Shown here: positions 1 through 12,430 of the stretch, one piece after another | How positions within the stretch are numbered: the first letter of the stretch is position 1 | Layout: each line of letters starts with the position of its first letter | Notes under the pieces: model-generated | Database searches by the model: none | What the model saw: the letters and a program-made list of their open reading frames with translations, nothing else | What the model was told of the DNA's origin: nothing | Made by a program: the position numbers and the translations under genes | Assembly (NCBI RefSeq): GCF_963921235.1 | Contig: NC_086104.1 | Coordinates: 75,144,001-75,208,000, forward strand | Direction of reading: 5' to 3' | Origin: Mobula hypostoma | Lineage: Eukaryota | DNA: 64,000 nt

Positions 1-3000
1 AAAACTACATATTCCTAATTAGTATCCCTGATTATTTACTTCTCTGAGGCAATAATTTCATTGTAGAGTTTAATCTTTCATGGAAATGATTTAATTATAA
101 TGCAGTGTCTGTATTCTTCCAATAAATGTACGGAAAGACGAGTGTTCTCACCCACATCACAGAATTATTTCCACTGTTGAGTGGTGTCTATATACAAAGC
201 ACAAAAAGCTGTGTATTGAGGTGGGAAGATGCATGGATTACAATGAAGAAACTTGTCACGGGAAAGAAGACTAGAGACAATTTAGGGGTAAAAAACTGAT
301 GTCCTTAAACAACTATTGGCGTTGTGCTAAACACATTACTAATAGTAAGTGATATAACAAAACAAGTGCCTCGAGCAACTCAGCAGAAATGAAACAGGGA
401 ATTAAAAAGGGAATGCTCTCAGAAATCTTTAGATAAAGCACAACAAATGAAAAAGGATTACTGCTATGTCATTCATGATCATGCATCTTTTGCATCTGTA
501 CTGGAGCACATCGAGAGTGCAGTGTGCATTAATTATTTAAGCAAATTAGTTTCCTTTGTGCTTTGTTTTAATGTTTTGTTCTTTATTTGTTGCATCCCTG
601 TATAAAAAGGGACACTTTCGCTTGATGTCTCTGGACTAAACCGAATGCCTGCTTATTGGCTTACTCTGAAAGAAAATCTAAATAATCAAGATGACTGTTC
701 TTTTGAATGAAACAAGAACTTCCTACATCCTTGTGCCTTTCAATTCTACTTGGCATTTGCCATTAGACCAGTAATAATTAACAGCTTTCCTTTTAAAAAC
801 AACTCACCCTATACTGTCCACCTGGCATGACTTTTAGGGACCAGGCAATACAGTCTGCACAAAGAGGGTTTATTTAATTTTGTACCACTGGCTAAGCCAT
901 TACAATTCAGTAGCAGTGAATAGTGAGCGACAGCTTCGGAGTAGGGCAGCAGGATTCCCCACGTCTATTTGGTTAGGATCACTGTAGCTTTTGATATGCA
1001 AAGCTTTGCTGTTATCAGCATTGACGTGAATGGCAAGGCAAGGGCAGTAAGCACATATAATTGGAGAAGCTAAGCTAAGGGGAGCTTTATGAAAATCACA
1101 ACTGCTCCAACTAATTCGTAATCAGAAGCAGTGTCCACTTTCAAAGAGTTGTTATACCTTTTGTCCTGCCACAATTTGGAGGGTAGCGAAGAAAAGAACT
1201 AAGTCCTATGGTACACAAAAACTAATGAGTTTCAGTACTTTCACCAAAACAGACTGCTTTTGCCACTGGAACAACACTACTACTGTCAGTGGGGGCTTTG
1301 CATGCCAAACAAGGTTTACAAACTAGTTCTCTTAAAACTGTAAAAAATATATTAAATACCTTTAGATATTTGGTGTTTGCAGAATTGTAACTATACTGCA
1401 GTTAACTATATGTGGTCATCCCAGTACACCGCTCCTCACTTATTTCTCAGATGGTTTTGGCATAATTTTAAAAGATCACCTCACCAAGTAACTTCAGCTC
1501 ACGTGCATAAATGGATATTGAAGTTGTATCAAGACATCCCTAGAGTGCATTAATTGCCATTTAAAGCCTTTCCTCATATATCAAATAAATTGATTCCTCC
1601 TCCTCCCCCCCCCCCAGTTTAATATTGTTCTGCTCTGCAAAATAAGAAAACACTGCAGCAGAAGATGCAAGCTTACTATCCAAGAACAGGGCAAATCTTG
1701 CAGCTATTATGAAATTACTGACAAATAAACAATAGTTTGATGTAATCCTCTATTGAAGACAATCTTTTTGTTTATTTACGAAAGCTCTGTTGGAAGCTGG
1801 AAAAGACCAGCTATCAAATTAATTCAAAATCTGATTTTGAATGTTTTACAAATTTAATGATCAAATAAAGTGGCTTTAATCTTCACATACTTTTTATTTT
1901 ACCTCATTCAGCTGTGAAAATCCCTAAAACAGACCAATTAGAAATACCAGATATACCTATACCTTAACCACTTGGCCAAAGTACTTTGAAATCTTAATCT
2001 TAATCTACTTTGTAGATGTTGACATCAGAGACACTTTAGGTTTTAGGCACAATTACGAATAACTTCTTGCTGTCTCAATACACAAAACCTGTGTGTTTTA
2101 AAAAAAGTAATTTCAGTTATTCATATGATATGAAACTACACTGAAAATAATGAAGGCAGGTTTATTTATAAATAAACAGAGTTGGACAAGATAAAAAAAA
2201 TGGCCAAAACTCTGCAAAAGTAAAATTTAGATCTGTTGTTATTCAGAGCGTCTCCTCCATAGGCAATGTCCCTCTAAATCAGAATGTTTAAATATATTCA
2301 AATCTGCTCCTGTGTGAGATTAACATGAGTCAAAGTTCTGAAATGGTTCTGAATCTACCTTACAGCAGCCAGTGGCAATTCCAATGTGCCAGATTCACTG
2401 AGGCCTGTATGCCAGAAATTTGCATGCAGCCCAAGAAATGCAGCCAATGTGACTCGGCAGTGCCCTGCGACAGAGGGTAGCCGCACACTGGAGGCTGTGT
2501 CATGAAATCACATCTAACAGGTGACAGAATAGCAAAGCAGCAGATACAAAAACAGGATTAGCGTTCCACTATCTCAACCTTTCACCAACCTCACTGTATA
2601 ATTTTCCAATTCATGCATAAAGAAGCATTTCCTTTGTCTTATATAATCTCCAACAGAACTTTAACATAAAATTTTAGACATTGTACACATACCAAGCATT
2701 AAACATGAATTATTTCTTATATGCTAGAGCCTCATTTGGCTCAATCTGTGTTGCAAGGCTCCAGTTAAAATGCGAATTTGCTTGTCTAAAAGTCGACAAA
2801 AGTCACAGATCTGGTGTATTACTGCTCCTTGAATACAGGCCATGATCGATGTAATGGTTCTTGGTGCTGAGATATGAAAGACAAATTGCAATTGAGCCAG
2901 TCCATCTCACTTTAAACTGAAGTATCATTTGCAACCTGAAGTCCACTCAATAGAGGAGGTAGGGGTAGAAAATGCTCAGTTTTCTCTCCACCAAGCCTTA

Positions 3001-3469
3001 CAGTTTGCTCAGGGTTGAAGAGCAGAGGAATGGGATTGCTGGGAATTACTAAGTAATTCAATTGATAACAGCATAGAAGCAATGGACTGAAAAACCACTT
3101 AATGTGCAAGACAATTTTATTATTTTATTTCTAAAACATGACAGTAATTTATAATTCACCAAATATTGAAATTAAAGAATACTGAAAGATACACAAAGCT
3201 CCAAGCATCCATAGGAAACTAGAGTAGCTCATCTCAAAACCCTTATCAAAAGCATTAAGCTTAATTCTCCACACACAAGTTGATGAACAGATGTGTATGT
3301 TTTTGATATTGGTCTTTCCTCTAAAATTTAGGCATTACAAGAATTCAAGAGTAGAATAAAATCAAATGCACAGGAAAATATACATTTATTCTTTTATATA
3401 TCACCCATTTTCAAACCAAAAAAACTTGGAGAGTAGAAATGGGTGAGAGAAGAATACAGAGCACAAGTC

Positions 3470-3598
3470 ATGCATATATTGTACAGTTTTAATTACAAAT
3501 GACTATAAAATGCACATTGCACATTTAGACGGAGACGTAATGTAAAGATTTTTACTCTTCATGCATATGAAGGAAGTAAGTAATAAAGTCAATTCAAT
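3470..3598 (+). mobile_element. Solo 3' tail of a Rex1/Babar LINE
   Basis: gcacatttagacggagacgtaatgtaaagatttttactc...aataaagtcaattcaat matches the 3' end at 31630-31727 and the reverse-complement copy at 63573-63680. Confidence 0.75.
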
Positions 3599-3814
3599 AA
3601 TTCAGACTTTGGATGGCACTTCACTTAATTATAAGTCAAAAATGACATTGAATGAAAGGAGAAATTTCGAGAGGTTGCAAAATATTTAAAAATTCTTTGA
3701 ATTAAAAGGCATATTCCAGCCATGATGACTAGACATCAGGGTTTCACACATCTCCAAATGAAAGCTATTGTTTTTCTCCCACTTAAGAGACTCGAAACAG
3801 TAATGAAGAGGGGT

Positions 3815-4115
3815 TAGAACCTTTGGGAGATGTTAAAGCAACACTCTATTTGTACTTTATGGATCTAAAAGATTCCATGGTACTGTTTTAAAAAAAAGGT
3901 GCAGAGGATTTATCTCAATATTATGGAAAATGCACAAATCTCACCAGAAGAAAATTTCTAGCCATTGTCACATTGGTGATGAAGGTGCTTAGTCACAGTT
4001 GCTGAGTGTAGTAACTTGCGCTCAGAAACTGGCTAAGCTGCAAAAGTACTTCATTAGCAATGAGGGTGCTTCATTGTATCCTGATATCATCAACGATGCT
4101 CTCCAAATGTGAGTC
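3815..4115 (+). mobile_element. Degenerate Deu-domain SINE (SacSINE1/AmnSINE-like)
   Basis: tggatctaaaagattccatggtactgttt...aaaagtacttcattagc resembles the recalled Deu-SINE consensus (gtaaaagatcccatggcactatt...aaaagtacttcattggctgtaaagcgc). Confidence 0.6.
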
Positions 4116-6932
4116 TTGATTTCTTCAAGTTCTTCAGTTTTAATGCCTCACTTTGACACAAGATCTCTACCAGCATATACATAACATCAGACTGATCGTT
4201 CCACCAATGCTCCAGAATACCAGTTATCGTCAGCTCTTACACAAAATTACTGGATAGCATATCAATACATTTACATGAGATAAGAAAAATTAACCAACTA
4301 ATACCAAATGCAAAATGCATTTGAAGCAAATCTGATGAGGTTTTCCTGTAGCCTTGTAAACTGAACAGAATGGGTGAGTGAATGGCACATTAAAAAGTAC
4401 TAGCTACAGAATGTTGTGGCTTTTTAAAAAAAGATCCTTTAAATCCCATTCACCACCTCCTGATTCAGAGTGCATGCTTGATGTAGTTTTTCATCTGAAG
4501 ATCTGGAGCTTTCACGCTTGGAATTACATCTAGTTACAGATGGAGGTAGAGAAGTTGACTGACCCTGATTGCACTAATGCCTCCCATGATAAAGAATGGT
4601 CAGCACCAAGATACTAAGTTCTTGGTGAAATACAAAAAGAATGCAGCACTGTTGAGGTGATTCAATACTGAAAATCAGGCTGCTCTTTTGCTTGCATGTA
4701 CAGAACCGCATGGCACAAATTCAAGAGCAAGGGAGCTCTCCCCAATGGCCTGCCAGCATGTATCCTGTAATGAATTTCACAAGCAACACAGACATGCGGC
4801 TGTTGTTATTTGTGGCACAATGCTGCATAGAAAATGGCTGTTATTTCTCCTCCATTAAAACAGCAGCACTTCCTTTGCAGTAAGGATTTTCATGAATGCT
4901 GGGCTGTGAAAGGTGCTAATATATATTTTAAAAAATTAAAAAATAGTCCTCACAATACCAGAAATGGTTTCAGAAATTACACAAGTATAATATTGATGCT
5001 TTGGGGTAAAATGATTTTTTGTTTGTGAGAAGTGCTATTTTGCATCCCTAATAAGACCACATTTGGTTGTTGAATGGTTTCTATACACATTCTAATCACC
5101 CATTTCCTAACATGGATTTCAGTTCCAGTATTCTGCGCTGTTGGTTGGCCTGTATATCACTTCCAGCCCTCGAGAAGAGAGTCAAAATTGGCAATTTTAT
5201 GCTCAGGCACTTCAATTTTAGACCAATATCATCCAATACCACTGCAATGGCCCAGGCTAAAAGGAACTGGAGAAATGCAATGAAAGAGGACAATATGGAT
5301 TTTCACAGATCCAACCACCATTATTAAGTGTAAAGAGTACAATTCTATCTATTTTGGAGAAAAAAACTATCATAATTTCAATTTTTGCTGCAGCAGGCAC
5401 AGAGTAATATTTTATTTTCTTAAAGGTCTTTCATTATTTTCTCTTCACCATGAAAGCAGCTTCTGTACTTTCAAGGAAGAATCACAAAACAGCACTTACA
5501 AGCATCCATATTGGCTGTTGGACTCCAGTGCTATTTAGAAAATAGTTGAGGCAGGTGTTGTCAAGTATGAAGACATTTTCCCCTCAAACCTCTGATTTTT
5601 GACTTCAACACCTATTTTGTTAATCTACCATCACAATATACAGAATCTAAGAAAAAAATCTGCCAAGTAATCGCCAAAGGTGATTTCTTGCTATGAGCAG
5701 CTGCCCACACTGAAGCATATTGGTAAGATAGATACATTCATTATGTAGTAGTCAGGCTGTTTCATTCAGCGGCTGACACTATCAGAATTGAATGCCAGGA
5801 GTAATTGATGCCTGAAGTACAGCTTTCAGCTTTAATTATGTCAGCTGAAACTCTATCAAAATTGTGTTTTCAGTCTGCAACCCATTGCCTTTTTGAATTC
5901 TGTTCACAGGTCCAAGTTTAGCAGAAGGAATATTCTCTTGAAAATTCGCCAACAACAGAGGAGAAATACCTGATGCAGTATTTTGTTTGAAAGCAAAATA
6001 TTTCCAGGTTGGAGGTATAAGGAGCTGACAAAATTCCACTCATCTCCATCCTCAGTGACCAGGAATACAGATTTGCCTTAAAGGAACTGGAAGATTTCCA
6101 AAATAGAGGAAGAAATAAAACAAACATCATCCCTTAGGACACTGACCCTCTGAGGATTGTACATATGGTGCACAACTTGAGACCAACCATAGATTTGCAG
6201 TCTCTGTGCAACTGTATGATTGAAAACATAATTAGTTAAGGTTCAAAACGTGAATGGTTCTTTTGACATAGGCATAAGTTATTACCGTTCTCCATCATAC
6301 TACAGAGAAGAGCTTTCCAAATGCCCAGAAAAGCTAATTCAAGTCACATCTGTGGAAAACAACAAGAGATCTAAATGTGTCAGCTCTTTCATATAAAGAG
6401 TAAAGTTAAAGGAAGCAAAGCACAACTTCGCCAAGAGTGGTTGAAAGAATGTTTCTTTAAGCGAAAATAATTTTCTTCAAATGCTGATCTAGCAATTGTA
6501 AATTTTTTTGGCATGTTCACGGAAAGATTGGGGACAAGTCAGGTGGTCTGGAATGTAAATCAGAATCGGCTGTGTAAACATCACGACAAAAGAAAATAGC
6601 CACTGAACTGGAGGGAGTTAAATTGGAGCACCGTGCAGGAGGAAAGGAAATTCAACCTGGAAATGTTAAATCTATGTTCCAAGATTATTTTAGCAAGCAC
6701 AAGATTTTCTGGGATGCACTAAATGTGGTAAGGTTGCTTTCCTTTAATGCTACCATGGATAAATGTAAGCAGTCACACAATACTGCAACTCTGCGATAAA
6801 ATTATGTTGACTGTGTTTTGTTGAGGCTATGGTTATTTCACCTTGGAGTTTCAACTATGACAACATTCTGGATGCTGGAATGAATCATGATGAAGTAAAT
6901 AATTTATCCTGCCATAAATAACATGTCAATAT

Positions 6933-7013
6933 TTAATTAAACAATTAACTAATTTAACAATTAACTTATTGACAATAAACAATTAACTAATTAGCAATTT
7001 AGCAAATTAAACA
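6933..7013. repeat. Degenerate AT-rich tandem repeat, unit like acaattaactaattt
   Basis: aaacaattaactaatttaacaattaacttattgacaataaacaattaactaattagc is directly visible. Confidence 0.7.
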
Positions 7014-7406
7014 GGCCATGTTCTCTTCTTGCTGCTGCCATCAGGAAGGAGGTACAGTAGCCTTAAGTCCCATATCACCAGATTCAGGAACAGTTATTAC
7101 CCCTTAACCATCAGGATCTTGAACCAGTGGGGATAACCACTTAACTTCTCTTGCCCCGTTACTGAACTGTTCCCACAACCTCTAGATTCACTTTCAAGCA
7201 TTCTTAAACTCGTTCTTGATAATAATTGCTTAATAATTTTTTTTTGTATTTGCATAGTTTGTTGTCCTTTGCACATTGGTTGTTTATGTCTTTGCTGAGT
7301 ATGTTTTTTGCATTGATTCTTTTGTGTTTCTTTGTATTTATTGTGAATCCCTGCAAGAAAATGAATCTCAGGGCAGTATATGCTGACATGCGTACTTTGA
7401 ACTTTG
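7013..7406 (+). mobile_element. Rex1/Babar LINE 3' fragment
   Basis: ctgccatcaggaaggaggtacag...ttcaggaacagttattaccc (LPSGRRY...FRNSY-type ORF end) plus 3' UTR ending actttgaactttg; sister copy at 30040-30466. Confidence 0.8.
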
Positions 7407-7654
7407 GAAAATGGTGTAGGATGCTTTGATAATATTGTCATTTCTGACTTGCTTAATGATGCTCTGAATCAGAAGATTATATGTTTAAATCAAATTGAGC
7501 GTATTTTGGTCCATGGAAAGCATGGACGGGTGGGGAAGGAAGGCCTGTTCAGTGCTCTTTAATCTTATGGTTCTTCTGAGGAAATATTACTTTCTTAAAG
7601 GTACAGTCTTTTTACCCCTTGAAGAAATGGTGCAAACCTCATCCCAAGGGCCCG

Positions 7655-7797
7655 ATGATCTGGTCATTCTCAGATTGCTCTTTATGGGAACTTGTTGTGT
7701 GCAAACTCATTGCTGTATTTTTTATGTGACAATAAGTATTTAATTATCTTTCAGTGTTTTGGAATACTGTGAGGAGCTGCAGAAATGCAAGCTTTCT
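7655..7797 (+). mobile_element. Deu-domain SINE fragment
   Basis: gatgatctggtcattctcagattgctctttatgggaacttgttgtgtgcaaa resembles the recalled Deu core gattatctggtcattatcacattgctgtttgtgggagcttgctgtgcgcaaa. Confidence 0.65.
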
Positions 7798-8319
7798 TTT
7801 CATATTGCGATATACAGTACTTTACATCTAATGAAGCCAAATTCTATGCTGAGCTAACATTAATTGACTTGATTGAATGGTGTTTTCATTCAACAGTTAT
7901 GAATGTCTTGTATGAACAAGTCTCATCTCAAATCTTCCTCAGTTTTACCAAGTACACACTCAGTTTTGAGAGCATTAGCACAAAACAAACAATAAACCCA
8001 GATGACCAGGACGCTCAGCCTTAGAGCATTGAAAGGGAAGCTTGTCATTCAAACAACTGGGCAGCTGTTTTTGGAAACCAACACAAACTACAAAATGATT
8101 CAGAGCTTCATCTGCTGATGTGAAGAGGGGAGAGAATATTTCAGTTAGAAAAATTTAATTCCAAAGAACTGACTGAGTGTAAGTCTCTTTCTAATATTTT
8201 CAAAGCACAATAAGTAAGTTTTTTCTTCTGCAGTAGCTAGAATTTTTAAAGGCTGTTAATTCAACGCTGATTTCTGAACTGCTTATGTTATTGTTCTGCA
8301 GCTTGGCTTATACTCAAAA

Positions 8320-8342
8320 TTTATCTATCCTCTGCCTTTTAG
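8320..8342 (+). promoter_or_regulatory. Splice acceptor of the FLRT3 coding exon
   Basis: Pyrimidine tract tctatcctctgcctttt followed by AG (8341-8342), 15 nt before the first ATG; FLRT genes have non-coding upstream exons. Confidence 0.75.
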
Positions 8343-8357
8343 GTTTTAAGACATTGA

Positions 8358-10346
8358 ATGCCCTGCCAATCAAAAATTTCCTTAAGCATGACCTGCACAG
8401 CCTGGAGGTTGTTTGTGTGGGCTAGCATAGGATTATTTCTGGGACTGATGACGCAGTCAGTCACTGTGGGATCGTGTCCCTCAGTATGTCGGTGCGATCG
8501 AGGATTTGTGTACTGCAATGACAGAGGGCTGACATCCATACCAACCGGAATTCCTGCGGACTCCACAACACTTTTCCTACAGAACAATCAAATTAAAAAT
8601 GCTGGGATTCCAAGAGAACTCCTGAACTTAGTCAAGGTGGAAACTATTTACTTGTACAGAAATAGTCTGGACGAATTTCCCACCAATATACCAAAATACA
8701 TCAAGGAACTCCATTTGCAGGAAAACAATATAAGGGCAATCTCTTTGGATTCACTTTCTAAAATACCCTATTTGGAAAGACTGCATTTGGATGATAATTC
8801 AGTATCTGCTGTAAGTATTGAAGAAGGCGCCTTTCGAGATAGTAAATATCTCAGATTAATTTTTTTGTCGAGGAATCACCTGAGCAGTATACCCATTGGA
8901 CTCCCCAGCACTATTGAAGAGCTAAGACTGGATGACAATCGTATTGCTACTATTTCAGAGGATGCCCTTAGACACCTCAAGGGCCTGAAACGCCTGGTAT
9001 TAGATGGGAACTTGCTAAGCAATCAAGGACTCCAAGGTAAGGTCTTCAACAACCTTGTGAACCTCACAGAATTATCGCTTGTGCGCAATGTACTTACTTC
9101 TCCCCCAGTTCTACCCATTTCAAGCTTACAGAAGCTCCACCTTCAAGAAAATCATATCAATTTGATCCCCACCAATGCCTTTTCCTATCTTAGACAATTA
9201 CACCGATTGGACTTGTCGAATAATAATTTAACCCACTTGCCTCAGGGAATCTTTGATAATCTGAATAACCTGACCCAGTTGTTGCTCCGTAACAACCCCT
9301 GGTATTGTGGCTGCAAAATGAGGTGGGTTCGGGACTGGCTTCGATCGCTTCCAACTGGGGTCAATGCCCGTGGACTAATGTGCCAATCACCTGAAAAGGT
9401 TAGGGGCATGGCTGTCAAGGACCTGGCTGTCACGATGTTTGGCTGTAGAGATCTCACCTCAGAAACTGTCCTCAACCCCACACTGCGCACTCCTGCAACC
9501 TCAGCTGAGTTACCGGCCATTCAGGAACAATGGCCTTCATTCGTGACAAAGCAGCCAAGTGGGAAGAAAACAGACCGCAGTAATGATTACCGGCTCACAA
9601 ACGTTCCTGGGAGCACAGCCGTCCAGCTCAGTGTGAAATCTGTGAGTGTAGATACAATTCACATAACCTGGAAGACATCCCTGCCTATGACAGCACTCAG
9701 GCTCAGCTGGCTTAAGATGGGACATAATCCTGCATTGGGATCTATTACTGAAACCATTGTCCATAACGAGAGAAGTGAATACTTGCTTACAGCTCTTGAA
9801 CCAGAGTCATTCTATCGTATATGTATGGTTCCCATGGAAACTAGCAATGTGTATCTATTAGATGAGACCCCAGTCTGCACTGAAACAGAGACTGCATCTC
9901 TGAAGACGCACAACCCTACGACCACCCTTAACCGGGAGCAGGAGAAGGAACTTTACAGAAACACAAGCCTGACTTTAGCAGGTATCATAGGGGGTGCAGT
10001 GGCAGTCGTGGCAATTGCTCTACTTGCACTAGTCTGCTGTTACTTGCGCAGAACTGGAACACCTTTCTCAAAAAATTGTGTGTATAACAGAGGACGGAGA
10101 AGGAAGGATGACGATTATGCAGAGGCTGGAACCAAGAAGGATAACTCAATTTTAGAAATTAGAGAAACTGCATTTCAGATGATTCCAATGAACAGTGAGC
10201 AAGCAGCGAAAGAAGAGTTTGTAATACACACTATATTTCCACCTAATGGGATGAGTTTATACAAAAACAACCACAGTGAAAGTAGCAGTAGCAACAGAAG
10301 CTACAGGGACAGTGGAATACCAGATTCAGATCACTCACATTCTTGA
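8358..10346 (+). CDS. FLRT3: Fibronectin leucine-rich transmembrane protein 3, single coding exon; probable true start ATG 8388
   Basis: 662-aa ORF with signal peptide, LRRNT ([16 protein letters not shown]), LRRs, LRRCT ([16 protein letters not shown]...CQSPEKVRG), FN3 domain and TM helix ([22 protein letters not shown]). The cytoplasmic tail [25 protein letters not shown]...[15 protein letters not shown] matches FLRT3 rather than FLRT1/2 as I recall them. Confidence 0.96.
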   Translation: MPCQSKISLSMTCTAWRLFVWASIGLFLGLMTQSVTVGSCPSVCRCDRGFVYCNDRGLTSIPTGIPADSTTLFLQNNQIKNAGIPRELLNLVKVETIYLYRNSLDEFPTNIPKYIKELHLQENNIRAISLDSLSKIPYLERLHLDDNSVSAVSIEEGAFRDSKYLRLIFLSRNHLSSIPIGLPSTIEELRLDDNRIATISEDALRHLKGLKRLVLDGNLLSNQGLQGKVFNNLVNLTELSLVRNVLTSPPVLPISSLQKLHLQENHINLIPTNAFSYLRQLHRLDLSNNNLTHLPQGIFDNLNNLTQLLLRNNPWYCGCKMRWVRDWLRSLPTGVNARGLMCQSPEKVRGMAVKDLAVTMFGCRDLTSETVLNPTLRTPATSAELPAIQEQWPSFVTKQPSGKKTDRSNDYRLTNVPGSTAVQLSVKSVSVDTIHITWKTSLPMTALRLSWLKMGHNPALGSITETIVHNERSEYLLTALEPESFYRICMVPMETSNVYLLDETPVCTETETASLKTHNPTTTLNREQEKELYRNTSLTLAGIIGGAVAVVAIALLALVCCYLRRTGTPFSKNCVYNRGRRRKDDDYAEAGTKKDNSILEIRETAFQMIPMNSEQAAKEEFVIHTIFPPNGMSLYKNNHSESSSSNRSYRDSGIPDSDHSHS

Positions 10347-11170
10347 TAATTGCAGAACTGCTCATTGAACGTGACTACAGAAATGGCTGTATTACTTGGA
10401 AACACTGGATTTGTGAATACTGTTGGAAACGTGACTGCACATTTGTCATATAATTTATATTTAATGAACTTTGTATTAATAAAGTTGCAGAATCCAGGTG
10501 ATTATTGCTGAATTGTGCAGTATGGATACCTGACCACCAATTGTAATTCTATATTTTAGTAACTTCTAGTAATTTGTATTTTTTCTTTCATAATCTTAAG
10601 AGATTTAAGAGAATTTAAATTTCGTGTCTATTGATGGAAGATTGCTTGTCAGCTGTGAAGGTGGTTTTCTTACAAGTGCTGAACATTCAAAGACCTTTTT
10701 AAAGTGTATTTGAGAACATTGTAGTGTAAGCACAGGTCCTTTTACTAGCTACCAAGGGTAGGTGTCCTGCAGATGAATCGTACACTTGAAGACAACTTTC
10801 ATTCAGGATTTAAGGGGAAACTATGTACGTTGTTCATGCCTGAGTATGTTGCACAGAAATAACTCAATACCAGAAATATGATAGTGGTTGTAACACATCA
10901 TTCCAGCTTACGGTATACGTTATTTGCTATTACTTTTAGACTTGGAGTCACAAACAACTTTATTGCCACAAGAAAAGGTACTTTTTAAAAATAAAATTAA
11001 ACCAAAGTGCATTGTTAGCCCTTTGGCCAGTCTTGTATGTGCCTTGACCAAATGTTAATTGTATTCAGCATTTTAAAATAAGGGTTACTTTTTTTTCTCT
11101 TTCTCCATACTTGTCAATGAAAAAAAAGTGGTCTTTCTGCAGAATAAAACTGAACAAAATTTAACTGCTG
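10347..11170 (+). other. FLRT3 3' UTR with candidate poly(A) signals
   Basis: Repeat-free AU-rich sequence after the stop, with AATAAA at 10478, ~10989 and 11143. The true end is unknown and could lie further downstream. Confidence 0.55.
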
Positions 11171-12239
11171 AGTTATTGGTCTGATGACATAAAGACTGCT
11201 TGCATTAAATAAGTATTTTAAATTCTAGCTTTTCAAAGTGGCCTTTGGAGACAGAAGCATCTTCTACGAGGATTGCAACTAATCAGTACAAATCAAAATA
11301 CTCATATAATGATTCCTTACAAGATACTGCAGTAGCTCAGCACAGTATGGTCCTACTCTAATAAAGAAACAGCATAAAATCATGACCTTTACTACTAGTA
11401 AAACACTGATAATTAAACAATAATCCAGTGACTGTAAGAGAGTTATTTCATTATTTAAGGTTTTGCATCCCTCACAAATATTTGAAACTGAAATCTTGGC
11501 AAAAGAAAAGTCTCATGGATCACATTATTATTCATATTTCTTCAGGGCCAAAAAGGGGATGTCTTTGTACTCAAGGAATACAACATACAAAATAAACCTT
11601 TGCTGCTAATCTTTGGGGAAAATTAAAGATGGCAAATACAACTTAGTTTTCAGAAAGTGTTCAGATATTATATTTTTCCTAGTAAGGAATCAATTTGCTT
11701 CAGTTTCACATTTTAGAACATTAGAGGGCTGATGAATAAAATTCTAGTTGATCCAAGCATCAATAAATTAATCAGAACAAATCAAATCAATGATATACTG
11801 AGGTCTCTACGCATGTAAAATGCCAACAGCATCCTACACCAGCATCAAGAAAGAGTTTTGAAAAATAACTTGTCTTTTAGTTCTATCTTAGCCACTGTAG
11901 TAAAGACATTTTGATCTTGGTATATGAGGTACAGACTTGGCCTTTGTTGGTCCAGATGCAAAAAAGAAACAAATTTCTCAAAAATGAATGTTCATATTAA
12001 TACAGCAGTTAGTTGTGTCCTCGGGGAAACAAACAGTTGACAATCAATAAGTTCTGAATATGACTCACTCTTAGTAGGCAAACATGGTTGTCAATCCAGA
12101 GAGCTAATGGATTTACAGATAAAAGTCCCAACTATACAAAATTACATACCACTAAATAGTAAATATTTGGGGCCCCATTTTCAAACCTACACTTAATGTT
12201 CTAGAATGATTAAAATATAATTTGTGGGGTAGGGTAACA

Positions 12240-12430
12240 ACATCAACAACAGCTTGTCTTTTAAGACATTTTCAGTATTGTACAGCATAGCAAAAGGACT
12301 TTACAGGACTCAAAATTTTGACACCAAGTGACATAAGAAGATAATAGAATGGGCAAACATCCTATTTTAAAGAGAAAGCTCTATTAAGGGAATTCCAGAG
12401 CTTGGCAGCTAGACTGCTGACAAAAATTGG
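12240..12430 (-). mobile_element. Ancient L2-type LINE 3' end; related remnants at ~28020-28245 and ~36840-37035
   Basis: caacaacagcttgtc...aattttgacaccaagtgacataagaagata...gggaattccagagctt; the three sites share motifs such as tttgacac and gtcttaaaag. Confidence 0.5.

Noticed and set aside
1597-1615. Poly-C tract (also 12702-12722) as a G-quadruplex element
   Set aside because: Simple homopolymer runs with no further support.
9242-9764. Antisense ORFs inside FLRT3 (also 8339-8587)
   Set aside because: Shadow ORFs of the coding strand with no recognisable domain.
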